Shown here piece by piece: positions 51,106 through 62,335 of a DNA stretch of 64,000 bases (positions within the stretch are counted from its first letter, which is position 1; each line of letters begins with the position of its first letter). Origin of the DNA: Mustelus asterias (lineage: Eukaryota); the NCBI RefSeq assembly GCF_964213995.1, contig NC_135806.1:85684001-85748000 (forward strand). The letters are read 5' to 3'. Position numbers and translations under genes: made by a program. The notes under the pieces were generated by a model, which was given only the letters and a program-made list of their open reading frames with translations, had not been told where the DNA came from and searched no databases.

Positions 51106-51631
51106 GGAGGTCCAACGGCCTTCTCCTGCTCCTATTTCTTATCACTGCTTTTCATTTTAATATGATTCTTGTGCAGAGGTGATGCATCCAAAACACAGTC
51201 ATCTGTGTATTACTGCTGATCTTGCTAGGCCCATGGGTGACAATTTTTTCCATTACATTAAATTACACTGTTATTCAAATGATTTAAAGTCAATATCCAA
51301 CTAGTAATTGTATCTCCCATTGTATGAATCACAAAAACACATGTACAAATCACAATGGAGAATTTTAGAACATTTGCAGAATAAAAAGGTAGATGATCTA
51401 TTGGGATATGTCATTATTATTCTTCAAATGAAATACTTCCGACACAAAATAAAACTCTGCCTATGTACCTGAACCTACTCCTTAAAAAGCTGGGAACTTT
51501 CATGCTGGCTTTTGACAATAAATGGCCTAATATGAAAAGCAAAGAACTTTTTCTGGAAGGAAATAAGCAGGCTTAGATCCTGGGGTTTTTATGTACAATG
51601 GGATCGGTAAACCAACTATTGCAACTAGGTG

Positions 51632-52042
51632 TCATAGTTGGAGGACTGAGGTGAGGAGAAATTTCTTCACCCAGAGAGCAGTGAATCTGTAGAATTCATT
51701 ACCACAGAAAGTAGTTGAGACCAAAATGTTGCGTGATTTCAAGAAGAAATGAGATACAGCTCTTGGGGAATAAGGGATCAAAGGGCATGGGGGGGGGGGG
51801 GCAGAAATCAGGATTTTGAATATGATCAGCCATAAGACCATAAGACATAGGAGCGGAAGTAAGGCCATTCGGCCCATCGAGTCCACTCCACCATTCAATC
51901 ATGGTTGATTTCAACTCCATTTACCCGCGCTCTCCCCATAGCCCTTAATTCCTCGAGAAATAAGACCATAAGTCAATGATCAAAATGAATGGCGAAGCAG
52001 GCTTAAAGGCCGAATGGTCCGCTCCTGCTTCTATTTTCTATG
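51632..52042 (+). mobile_element. CR1 3' end containing an inverted CR1 tail of about 130 bp (51831-51972)
   Basis: Host tail is broken at GATCAGC and resumes at ATGATCAAAATG. Confidence 0.75.
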
Positions 52043-52089
52043 CAACATCATCATGACCCTTCATTGTGCATTCTTAACATGTGTCTTTC

Positions 52090-52320
52090 CAGAGTCAGTT
52101 AGCTCAGTCGGTTGGACAGCTGGTTTGTGATGTGGAGCAATGCCAACAGCATAGGTTCAATTCCCGTATCGGCTGAGATTATTTATGAAGGCCTCGCCTT
52201 CTCAACCTTGCCCCTCACCTGAAGTGTGGTGATCCTCAGGTTAAATCATTACCAGTCAGCTCTCTCTCTCAAAGGGGAGAGCAGCCTATGGTCATCTGGG
52301 ACTGTGGCAACTTTACTTAC
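52090..52320 (+). mobile_element. tRNA-derived SINE, separate family
   Basis: A box TAGCTCAGTCGG, B box GGTTCAATTCC, unrelated body, TTTAC/TTAC tail. Confidence 0.65.
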
Positions 52321-52407
52321 TAATAAATTATGGGTTATACTCTTTAGTGTGTGGAGGACGCAAAGTAAAAACTAACTTTTTTGCTTTCACTGGAAAACCC
52401 CAATTAC

Positions 52408-52595
52408 CTTTAGGTACAATGCCAGGTAGGCCTGTGTCAGCTCAAATTCTCGTTTGCTATCAAGCATGTAGCTGATCATTTTCAGAAAGCTCAACATCAC
52501 ATCCACAGATCCACCTCCTTCTGGGGCCAAGCCCCTCAGCTCAATGTCAATATTCGATGGTCCCATTCCTTTCAGAAGCTTAATTGCATGGTCAT
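52408..52595 (-). CDS. WDR36: WDR36 penultimate coding exon, (Y)DHAIKLLKGMGPSNIDIELRGLAPEGGGS...FELTQAYLALYLK
   Basis: 188-nt exon, CAG/GTAATT sites; GPSxIxxELRxL and FELxQAYLALxLK motifs. Confidence 0.96.
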
Positions 52596-53054
52596 CTGCA
52601 AGGAACCAGAAATAACTTCCTTTGATAACATTCAAGACAAAATTTCAAAGCATCTGATTGTTTCATGCTGATTTGACCTTCTAGAGAACCACCAACTTAC
52701 TATTCTTATATGACACAAGCCAGGCTTATCCAACTGGTGGCATGTGGGCAGCATTGTGGCCTGCGAAACTCCTCTTTGTGGCCCCTAGAGCCACAGTTCA
52801 AAATGCCAGTAAGACAAGCAATTAAATTCAAGATTTTGCAAGCAGCTGCTCCCCCAATCAACAGGTTGTTCCTTTCCCAAGGTGTGTCTCCATTTCCCCC
52901 CCATGCAAAAATGGAAATGTGTCCCGCCACCCCCTCCCCCAAACTTGCATAGGCCAAAGTTAGCAGAAATGTAGAATACTGGAAGTATTATTTTTGATCA
53001 ATAAAAGGGATATCAAGCACACTCAAAGTGGAAAAAACTGTACAAGTTACTTAC

Positions 53055-53136
53055 AATTGTTGGTGTTTAGAGCACCCTCCAGCTGCATATACAATTCTGT
53101 TTTCTGTGCCAATATGCCCAGATTTACCACTTTTGA
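53055..53136 (-). CDS. WDR36: WDR36 coding exon, SKVVNLGILAQKTELYMQLEGALNTNN(Y)
   Basis: 82-nt exon, CAG/GTAAGT sites; matches recalled human SKVVNLGVLAQKS; too short for the ORF track, found by manual translation. Confidence 0.93.
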
Positions 53137-53752
53137 CTGAAAATAGAATAAAAAGATGCAGTAGAAATAATCAAGATTTCAGCATCTATTACTGAATTCA
53201 AAACTTCCTTTACACTATACATCTATATTTTTCAATATTATAGAAATGAATTCAAATATAAAGAAACAGCCTTTTTTGAGTCTTGGAAACAAGATTTAGA
53301 ATACACATCTATTTTGAAACATGTTACAAAGGTCTTGATGCTTATTAGTTTCTGAATCCATGTAGAGAACCATCATTCAGATTACATTTATTCTTAAGAA
53401 TTCTCCATTGTACCACATCAGATATATTACATAACTGCATCATCATCAATTCAAACAAATTACATTTTTGATACAACTTCTGAAGGAAATATCTTGTTTT
53501 CCTTTTATCATGGTGTAATTAAGGTAGATTTAATGATGACAGAACCAATTGGGTGTATATCTTTATGAGCCATCTAATTTTACCTTTGACTCCTCTCCCA
53601 CATCAGTAACATTTCCAAACCAAGAAAACCAAATAGACAAAACAACATAAATGTCATAAACTTTCAAAAGGCTCAAAACACATTTATGTGGCCTGGCATG
53701 AATGTCAGTATTGCCATGGGCAGAAATCAGACATTACTGGTTTTCCTCCTAC

Positions 53753-53872
53753 CTGGTCTTCAGCAGTTTGTTGTTCCACAGCAGCGAAGTGAGGCACAAG
53801 GCCAGGAACAGTTGGAATGAAGAAGGGAACAGATTTGGGCACTTTAGGTGGTTCCTTGGGTTTATTTCTTTT
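53753..53872 (-). CDS. WDR36: WDR36 coding exon, KRNKPKEPPKVPKSVPFFIPTVPGLVPHFAAVEQQTAEDQ
   Basis: 120-nt phase-0 exon, CAG/GTAGG sites; NKPKEPPKVPKSxPFFIPT Utp21 motif. Confidence 0.96.
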
Positions 53873-54351
53873 CTGTAGATCAGCCAAACAAAACAGATTA
53901 GTGATCAGAACACAAGAGATGTACAAAGCGTGATTTTAAAATGATAAATAAGTTTTATTAAAATATATCAAACTAAAGATGCCAACATATAACTTTGTAG
54001 CCAATTAAAACTATCCCCGAGGTCTCAAATAAATTACGGATAGTAAAAGTATGACTTTATGGTAAAGTTATTTGATAAATATTCAAAAATCACGTCAACA
54101 TTCAACAGAAATTTCGGCAGTATGCAATTTCCAACACTTAAAAGCAAGAACGTGTGAACAAGACCACATACCGTAAACCACCTGTCAGAATATGGATAAA
54201 TAGCAATATTTTGTGCAAAGAAAGCAAAATATTGACAACCATTTTGACTTTTTTAAAAAAAATGTGCTAATTTCATGTACCACGATAAATATCCTAAAAG
54301 TACTCAGTTAAGAAAATTTAGTTTACAAGAGCATAAAGCACAATTTACTAC

Positions 54352-54497
54352 CTTGATAACATCAAGGTTGAGGAGATTTTTCCAGCGTGATTCTGGAAGC
54401 AAAGAGAGTGTTACCAACTGCTCTCCGAGCTGTTCGGATGAATCATATTCTATCATCTGGTCCTCTACTTCCTCTTCATTGTCTGAAGACTCCAGCT
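54352..54497 (-). CDS. WDR36: WDR36 coding exon, ELESSDNEEEVEDQMIEYDSSEQLGEQLVTLSLLPESRWKNLLNLDVIK
   Basis: 146-nt exon, TAG/GT splice sites; Utp21 C-terminal motif LVTLSLLPESRWKNLLNLDVIK. Confidence 0.96.
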
Positions 54498-54738
54498 CTA
54501 AAATAAAACAAGCACTTTTCATATCTTTAAAACTATGGCAAAAAGCTGTAATGAACTTAACAGAAAACATGCAGATTATTAAAGAATGTGTAATTAAATT
54601 TGCACGAGCAATGCATATTCCATTTAGAGAGAACCAAAGAAAGCAAAATAATCAACTTGACATGTATACAATATTAAGCAGCCTGAAAAACTAAAATTTA
54701 AATGCAATTTCTGGAAAGTTCAGTTTTAAAATAAAAAC

Positions 54739-54836
54739 CTTGTTGCTGGCACACTCCAGGAAGCATTACAAAAGAAGGTTGATAATCAGCAGGCAGTGGC
54801 CGAAGGGAAATAATATTATACAGCGTCTTATTGGAC
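54739..54836 (-). CDS. WDR36: WDR36 coding exon, (W)SNKTLYNIISLRPLPADYQPSFVMLPGVCQQQ
   Basis: 98-nt exon, TAG acceptor, GT donor; SLRPLPADY motif; phases consistent with neighbours. Confidence 0.93.
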
Positions 54837-55448
54837 CTAAACAAAAGGAGAAAGGGGCTTATTACAATTTGCTGCTCATTCCAATTATCATAGCTGTTGG
54901 CATACATTTCATGGTAACCCCATCCAAACACTTATTTTTTGAAAGGAAACATATATTTTCCCAATTCAAATTCCTTGGCAGTGCATTGATTTATGACTCT
55001 TACTATTCCTACTCAATTATGATGATATGAAGTTGTAAGAGAATTTTCATATCTTTTAGGGTGTCTCAAAGTGTGTCATAGTGAATTAATTTCTTTTGAA
55101 GTATAGACATCTTTATTTTGTTGACAAACATGGCAGCAAACTTAAGAGCACAAATGGGTCTTCAACTATAACCTCCTGCTTTTTTCATGATATTCTATGC
55201 ATAAGATACAAGAAACACAAACAAATTTTCAAAGTTTGCAATGGGGACAAAGTTTTGAAATGGTTTAAAAAGGGGATAGTCGTAGATGTCAGGCGGACAT
55301 AGACTTCTGACATCGGCAAATGACATACGACAGAGAAGTGTGAAATGATACATTTTGGAAAGACAAAAATAGGAAAGGTGAAACAGAGACTCCTCAGGGC
55401 TCACAAACAAATCTTTGATGACAGTAAAACAATTTAAGAAGGTTGTTA

Positions 55449-55777
55449 GCAGTGGTTAGCACTGCTGCCTCATAGTGCCAGTGACCCGGGTTTGATTCCA
55501 GCCTTGGGTGACTGCTTATGTGGAATTTGCATGTTCTCCCTGTATCTGCGTGAGTTTCCTCTGGGTGCTCCTGTTTCCTCCCACAGTCCAAAGATGTGCA
55601 GGATTGGCCATGCTAATTGGAATGTCCAGAGATGTGTAGGTTAGGGGGATTAGTGGGATAAATGTGTTGGGTAATAGGGATATGGCAAGGAGTCGGCCTG
55701 GGTAAGATGCTCTGTCGGAGAGTCAGTGCAGATCTGATGGGCCGAATGGCCTCCTTCTGCATTGTAGGGATTCTATG
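55449..55777 (+). mobile_element. HE1-like V-SINE (a partial copy is also at about 61470-61655)
   Basis: Family sequence. Confidence 0.85.
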
Positions 55778-55964
55778 AAATACATAATGGATATCTGACT
55801 TTAAAAATAATAGCATCGATCACAAAAACAAAGAAGTTATGTGAACCTTTATAAATAACCGGTTAGGTCATAGCAAGAGTACCAAATTTTGGGAAACATG
55901 TCATAACCTTGGAGAGTCCTGATCAAACTCTCAGTTCATATCTTGTGTATCTGTGACAAAAATA

Positions 55965-56790
55965 AATCATTGCTTCTTGACCTCCTCCACTTGTCTGCAG
56001 CCTTTGACATAGTTGAATAGAAAGAGACCAATGTCCAGCTGGTTGGGACAGCACATACTTGGATCCATTGTTACCTACCCAAGCGTAGACGTAGAATGAC
56101 CTGCAAAGGCTTCTCTTTCTATTATCTCTGAAGTTTCACAAGATGTTTGCTTGGTCTCCCTCGTATTTCTCATCCACATGCTGACCTTTGGCGACATCAC
56201 CTGAAAATATGTCAGGCTCCACATATATGCTGACAACACTCAGTTCTACCTCATCACGACCTCTACTATCAATACTGTTCACCATCCACTCCTGGAAGAG
56301 CAAGAATTTGCTCCAACGAATATTGGGAAGACTGAAGCTATTGTATTGAGTCCCAACCACAAACTCAATTTCCTCGCCAACTTGGGTTGCACCTGACCCC
56401 AATATGAGCTTCTAACCACACATCCACTGCATCACAAAGGCACCTACTTGTACCATCTTCCCTGCTTCAATTCATCTGATGATAAATCTTCATCCATGCT
56501 TTTGCTTCCTCTGCACTTGACTATTCCAGTGCTCTGCTGGCCAGTCTCCCATCCTCCATGAACCTGAGCTCTCCTGTCCAGATCCATCTAGTCCTAGGCA
56601 GCCATCATGTCTGTGCTCATTGACCTACATTGGTACCTGACCCAGAAATATCTCAAATTTAAAAATTCTGGAACTGCCTAACTGCCTAACAGCATGGTGG
56701 GTATACCTTCTATGGCCTTACCCCATCCTTTCTGAGTAACCTCAAGCCCCACAACCCTCCAAGATCTCTGTACTCCTCCAACCCTAGCCT
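55965..56790 (+). mobile_element. L2 LINE RT fragment (other L2 pieces at about 22260-22560 and 60690-61080, minus strand)
   Basis: LLDL..SAAFDIV, YADNTQFY and KTEAIV motifs. Confidence 0.7.
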
Positions 56791-56924
56791 CCAAAGGTGT
56801 TAGCAGTTCAAACGACACTTGGGATGGTGGCAGGCAGGAGGGGAAGAGAGATCTCTTATGAGAGAAGATTGGGTTATCCATTGGAGTTTAGAAGGTTGAG
56901 AGGTAATCTTTATGAAAAAAAAAA

Positions 56925-57530
56925 GCAGCAACTGAACTGGACACACCATACAAATAAAAGGCTATAAGAGCAGGTCAGAGGCTAGAAATCATGCAGCAAG
57001 TAATTCACCGCCTGACTTTCCAAAGTCTGTCCACCATCTCCAGGACACAAGTCAGGAGTGTGGTGGAATTCTCTCCACTTGCCTGTATGAGTGCAGCTCC
57101 AACAACACTTAAAAAGCAAGACACCCTCCAGAACAAAGCAGCTTGCTTGATTGGCACCCCTTACATAATCATTAAATCCCTCCACCAGTGATGAACAGTG
57201 GCAGCAGGGTGCACCATCTACAAGATGAACCGCAGGAACTCACCAAAGCTCCTTAGGACAGTAGCTTCAAAACACACAACTGCTATCGTATAGAAAGTCA
57301 AGGGCAACAGACACATGGGAACACCACCACTTGAAGTTCCCCTCCAAGTCATGCACCATCTTGACTTGGAAATATATCACCATTCCTTCACTGCTGCTGG
57401 GTTAAAATTCTGGAACTGCCTAACAGCATGGTGGGTATACCTACACCACAGGGACTGCAGCAGTTCAAGAAGGCACCACCACCTTCTCAAGGGCTTAGCC
57501 AGTGACACCCACAGCCTATAAAATGATAAT
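56925..57530 (+). mobile_element. LINE 3' fragment of a distinct CR1-group family (also about 38710-39145 + and 48660-49050 -)
   Basis: QVRSVVEFSPLACMSAAPTTLKK.DT.Q.KAACLIG; shared tail CACCACCTTCTCAAGGGC. Confidence 0.65.
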
Positions 57531-58540
57531 AAAAAAAATAAGATGCTGAGGAGATGAATCTTGGCAGGGTGGATGCTGACAGGATGCTTCTCCTTGTGGA
57601 AGAGACTAGAACTAGGGGACACAGCTTAAAGTAAGAGCTCTCATTAAAATGGAGGTGAGAAGAATTTGTTTCTTTTAGTGGGTTGTGATTCTTTGGAACT
57701 CTCTTCCCCTGAGAGCAATGGAGGCAGGGTCAATGTATATTTTTAAGGCAGCGGAGGATAGATTCTTCACTAACAAAGCAGGCAAAGATTATCATGGATG
57801 GGCAGAATGTGGAGTTGAAGCCACAATCAGATCAGCCATGATCTTATTGAATGGCAGAGCAGGCTCAAGAAGTCAAACCGCCTACTCCTGCTGCTAAGAC
57901 AAATGCATCTCTGATTTTAATCTCTCCACCGTTGGCCATGCCTTTAGCTGCCTCAGCTCAATGATCTGAAATATCCTCTGTAAACTTTTCTAATTTCTAT
58001 TTTCTGTTTTTCTATCTCCACTTTATCTTTAAAACCACCTTTTGCACCAAATTTTGGTCACCTATTCTGATATCCATTGTGGCTCTGTCAATTTTGTTTA
58101 ATGCTCCTGGGAAGTAACTTGGGTCATTGTTTACTACTTTAACAGTGCTATACAAATGAAAATTTGTATTGTAATGTCCGTGTTTTGTGCAATTCGTTTG
58201 GTTTCAGATATCTCTTATGAGAGCTGATAATGTTGCATTTTCTTTTTCCTTAGAGTACACTGGCAGCAGCCATTTCAATTACTAATTATGCCTACTGATA
58301 CCTATTTACAATGGCATTATGCAAGAAGTTAAATGGGCTTTTTAATACAGAAAGTGCTTTACAACATTCAAAATACTAACAATCTCTCATGTAACCTTTG
58401 AATGAATGATCAACGAGAATGCAATCAACAATCACTGGAAAAAAGTTAAACATTTCACTTTTGCATTGGAAAATAGATTTGAAGAAATGTATTAAGAAAT
58501 AATTAATACAATAATTTTATTTTGTAAAAATTACACATAC

Positions 58541-58648
58541 CAAAGGTAAATTCCCAAATCATCTACATGAGCAGAAGCCAAGAAGTCTCCAGTGGGGGAC
58601 ATGGTGATACTAACAGCTGCCGAGTTAAGCAAGAAGCAGTCTATTAGG
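58541..58648 (-). CDS. WDR36: WDR36 coding exon, (C)LIDCFLLNSAAVSITMSPTGDFLASAHVDDLGIYL(W)
   Basis: 108-nt exon, CAG acceptor after a polypyrimidine tract, GTATGT donor; matches recalled human CLIDCFLLDSAPLNVSMSPTGDFLATSHVDHLGIYLW. Confidence 0.95.
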
Positions 58649-58759
58649 CTGTGGGGAGAAAAAAAAAAACAGAATTTCAAATACAAACTTTAAAAATAAC
58701 AATTTAATTCTAATCATTCACAGCTCCTTCCACTTAAGTGCTCCAAGGTGCTCAAGTCA

Positions 58760-60690
58760 AATGCAAGGAATATAAGGAACACATTGAATGAACAGCAAGC
58801 ACAATGCAACCTGGAGTGTGTGACAAAGTAACCATGACTGAGACATGACTGTAGGATGGAGAGGATTGGGAACCAAATATATCAGGCTATAAGATCAACT
58901 GATAACATTGGGAAAATTGTACACGGGGAGGAGCAGCTTTCGTAGTCAAGGATAAGAACATTTCAATGGTAAGAGATGGTATAATAAAAAATAATCAAGC
59001 AGGAGACTTTACTATAGGTAGAATTAAGAAATAAAAAAGGATCAAGACTGTAGAGTACATGTACATCTGGTAGCAGCTGTGATGTGGTAATTTACATAAA
59101 TGCTAAGATGAGACAAGCATGAGGCAAAGCAGAATGGTTTTACTGCAGTATATTACTAGCTTTCACATAGATTGGGACAAGAGGAGTAACTTATCAGAAA
59201 GGTAGTGAATTTCTTGAACGTGTTCAGAATAGTGTTCTGCAGCAACATGTCCTGGAATCTACAAGGGTTCATGTTGTATTTGATTTAGTAATGAGCAATT
59301 AGCATATTATCATAGTCATAGAAACATAGAAAATTGGAGCAGGAGTAAGACCAACGGGCATGTTGTACCTGCTCCATCATTCAATGTAATCATAGCTGAT
59401 CCTCTATCTCAACACCACATTCCCACTGTCTCCCCATGCCCCTTGGTGCCTTTAGTGTCTAGAAATCTATTTCTTTCTTAAATATGTGCAGTGACTTGGC
59501 CTGCACAGCTTTATTTGGTCGAGAACTCCACATGTTCCCCACCCTCTGAGTGAAGAAATTTCTCATCCTAAATGGTCTATATTACATCCCAAGACCATGT
59601 TCCAGACACCCAGCCAGAGGAAACAACATCCCTGCATTCAGACTGCCCTGTCTAGTTAGAATTTTATACGCTTCAATGAAATCTCCTCTAATTTCTAGTG
59701 AATTCAAGCCTAGTCGACCCAATCTCTCCTCATACAACAATCTTGCCATCTCAGAAGTCAGCCTAGTGAACCTTTCTGCATTCCTTCTATGGCAAATATA
59801 TCCTTTCTTAGATAAGGAGACCAAAAGCACACAGAATACTCCAGATGTGTCCTGGCAATTATCTATCCATCAATGAACACCAGATTATCTGGTCGTTATT
59901 GTATTAGTTCTTGGGACCTCACTGCGCGCAAATTGGCAGCTGCATTTCCTACATTACAACAGTGACACCTCGAAAATACTTGATTGGCTATAAAAGAGTT
60001 TGAGACATCTGGTGGTTGTGAAAGGCACAATAGGATAGTAAGTCTTTCTTTTTGTAATGCCATCAAGTTCAGCATAGTGTTGAATGGGAGAAATGTGCAG
60101 CAACTACTAAGACATTAGATTTAGGTAAGGTTGACATTAATGGGATGCAGCAGAAACTGTCCACAGTAAAGTGGGCAATATGTTAATTAGCAAAATGACA
60201 GATGATCAATGGGAAGTGTCAAAAAGAAGAATTCAAGGTGATTTCTTGAAGGAGTGAGATCTCTACTTGCCAAAAATGACAGTCATGGACAAATAAAGTG
60301 GTAAGGGATTACACTGAATTAAACCAAAAAGCATACTAAAATGCAAGAAACTGCACAGATCCTGGCAATTGGGAATTACAAAGAACAGCAAAGGCAACAG
60401 AACAGATGGCAAGAGCTAAATAAAGTATGAAAACAAACTTGCAACAGATATCAAAACCGATATTTGGTCAGAAATAATGTGGGCTCCTTGAAAATTGATA
60501 ATGACTAGGTGAAAATGGCAACTTCTGAATAATTACTTCGCACCCGATAGAGGAAGAGGTCAGTATGCAGATGTCCAAAGCAACTGATATTGAATCAGGG
60601 ATGGGCATTCATCAAATTTAATATAATATGCAAAATAACAGTAATAAAGAAAACAATGGCCCTAAAGTGTGCCAAAGACCTAGCTTTTGA
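58760..60690 (+). mobile_element. Old CR1 endonuclease region with a nested minus-strand CR1 3' end (about 59320-59846) and a SINE tail
   Basis: AVTET.L and VELRNKKG motifs; inner copy ERFTRL...YEERLGRLGL. Confidence 0.7.
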
Positions 60691-62255
60691 GGAAAGTTAT
60701 GAAGACAGGGAGAGAAGTGGCAAGATGGGAGAGAGATTTCTGTAGCATATTGCTTCAGAGCGCCTTTAGGCTCTTCCTTTGATGAGGGGAGAAGGCAGAA
60801 ACGGTCTGTCAGTGGGGTGCAGGTATGTTGGAGCTAGATAATGGAGGGATTTGAAAATTGGGAGGCAAATAAAGTAGATGAATTGAGTATGAGGAGTCAA
60901 TGGTGGTCTGTAAGATCAAAGATGACACAAGCAGAAAATTCCTGAATTATCTGGCGTTTATGTAGACTGATGGCCAGATAAAAGTGAATATTGAGCTCAG
61001 GAAGGTGTGCTTGGTGATTTTAATTATGGTGAGAGATTGCAATGAATCTGATGTGAGTTTTTAAACTCAACTTGAGACTAAAATACCATCAGGTTCAGCA
61101 AACAAGGCCAGGAATGGAATCAGTACCTAAAATCCAAAGTTTCTGAGGGAACTGAACAGATCGGCATTTGTTTTGCCATACTAACATGTTACATACAGAA
61201 ATTAATACGTTATATATGGATAATACTGCAACACCCGGTACTACTGAAGCTGAGAATACAGAACTGGATGAAAAGCAAAATACTATCAGTTGGAGGTAGA
61301 TATTTGGTATTTCACCAACATGTGTTAGTGAAGCGGACTTGAGCTTCACAGGGGGCTTGGTCTCTGGGAGTACATCTCTACCACCATCACCAGCCATTAT
61401 CTTTCACTGCCTGTGTCTCATATTAACACCTGTTTATACAGGGTTTTCAGGTTTTAAAATGTCGGTGTGTTTACATATTTCCCCTTATTACAAATGTCCA
61501 AAGAAGTGCAGGTTAGGTGGATTGGTCATGGTAAATACGTGGAGTTACAGGCGTTGGATGGCGAGGGTGTGGGCCTGGATAAGTTGCTCTTTCAGAGAGT
61601 AGGTGCAGACTCGACGGGCCGAATGGCTGCCTTCTGCACTCTAGAGATTCTATGGTTTTAAAAGGTTAGGAAGAGTTTATCTGTTATAAAAGTTTACATA
61701 GATATTTTCAGTTGTAAATTTTGACAGACACAGACAGAAATAGTTACTATAAATTAAAACAAATCTTGTACTTGCACACACACTAACTAATCATAAACTT
61801 TACCTTTTGTCACAATATGTGGCCACACACTTGTGCCAATATTTAACACAAACTACCAATATAAATTATGATATGAATTTCCAATGTAAATAGTTGCCCA
61901 CCATGATTAGTTGAGTAATTGTTCAAATGACATGCAATTCTTTAAAAATATATTTTCTTTTTGTTATTCGTGATTGAACATCGATGTCTAATATTAGGTT
62001 TCAACATTTATGTATTTCACAATAAAATAATAAATTTAACCAATAAGTTGCCTTTTGTGATTTTTAATATCTTCTTTGCCCTTGAATTCTTTATTTCAAG
62101 GTCTTGTCTGTGAATATCTCCACAACAGATTTGTGGGTTCACTAAAATAAATGCAAAGCATTATGCCATAATTAACGGTTTATAGCACAAGAGCATAAAG
62201 TAGAAGCAGAATCTCTTCCAACATTATGAGCGTGTGGCCTTTTATTTCAACTTAC

Positions 62256-62335
62256 CACCCTGATGGAAGATCCCAGGTCCTAACGGTACAGTCCATTGAA
62301 GCAGAAATCAGCCAACGACCATCTGGACTAAAAGT
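62256..62335 (-). CDS. WDR36: WDR36 (UTP21 homolog) coding exon, TFSPDGRWLISASMDCTVRTWDLPSG(C)
   Basis: 80-nt exon with AG acceptor and GTAAG donor; matches recalled human AFSPDGRWLISAAMDCSIRTWDLPSGC; phase fits the next exon. Confidence 0.95.

Noticed and set aside
52090-52170. tRNA gene
   Set aside because: A and B boxes are present but I could not form a cloverleaf; the sequence continues into a SINE body and tail
52706-52957. hAT-like MITE or overlapping small ORFs in a WDR36 intron
   Set aside because: Only one candidate terminus (CAGGCTTATCCAACT); no matching inverted end or TSD; ORFs have no recognisable similarity
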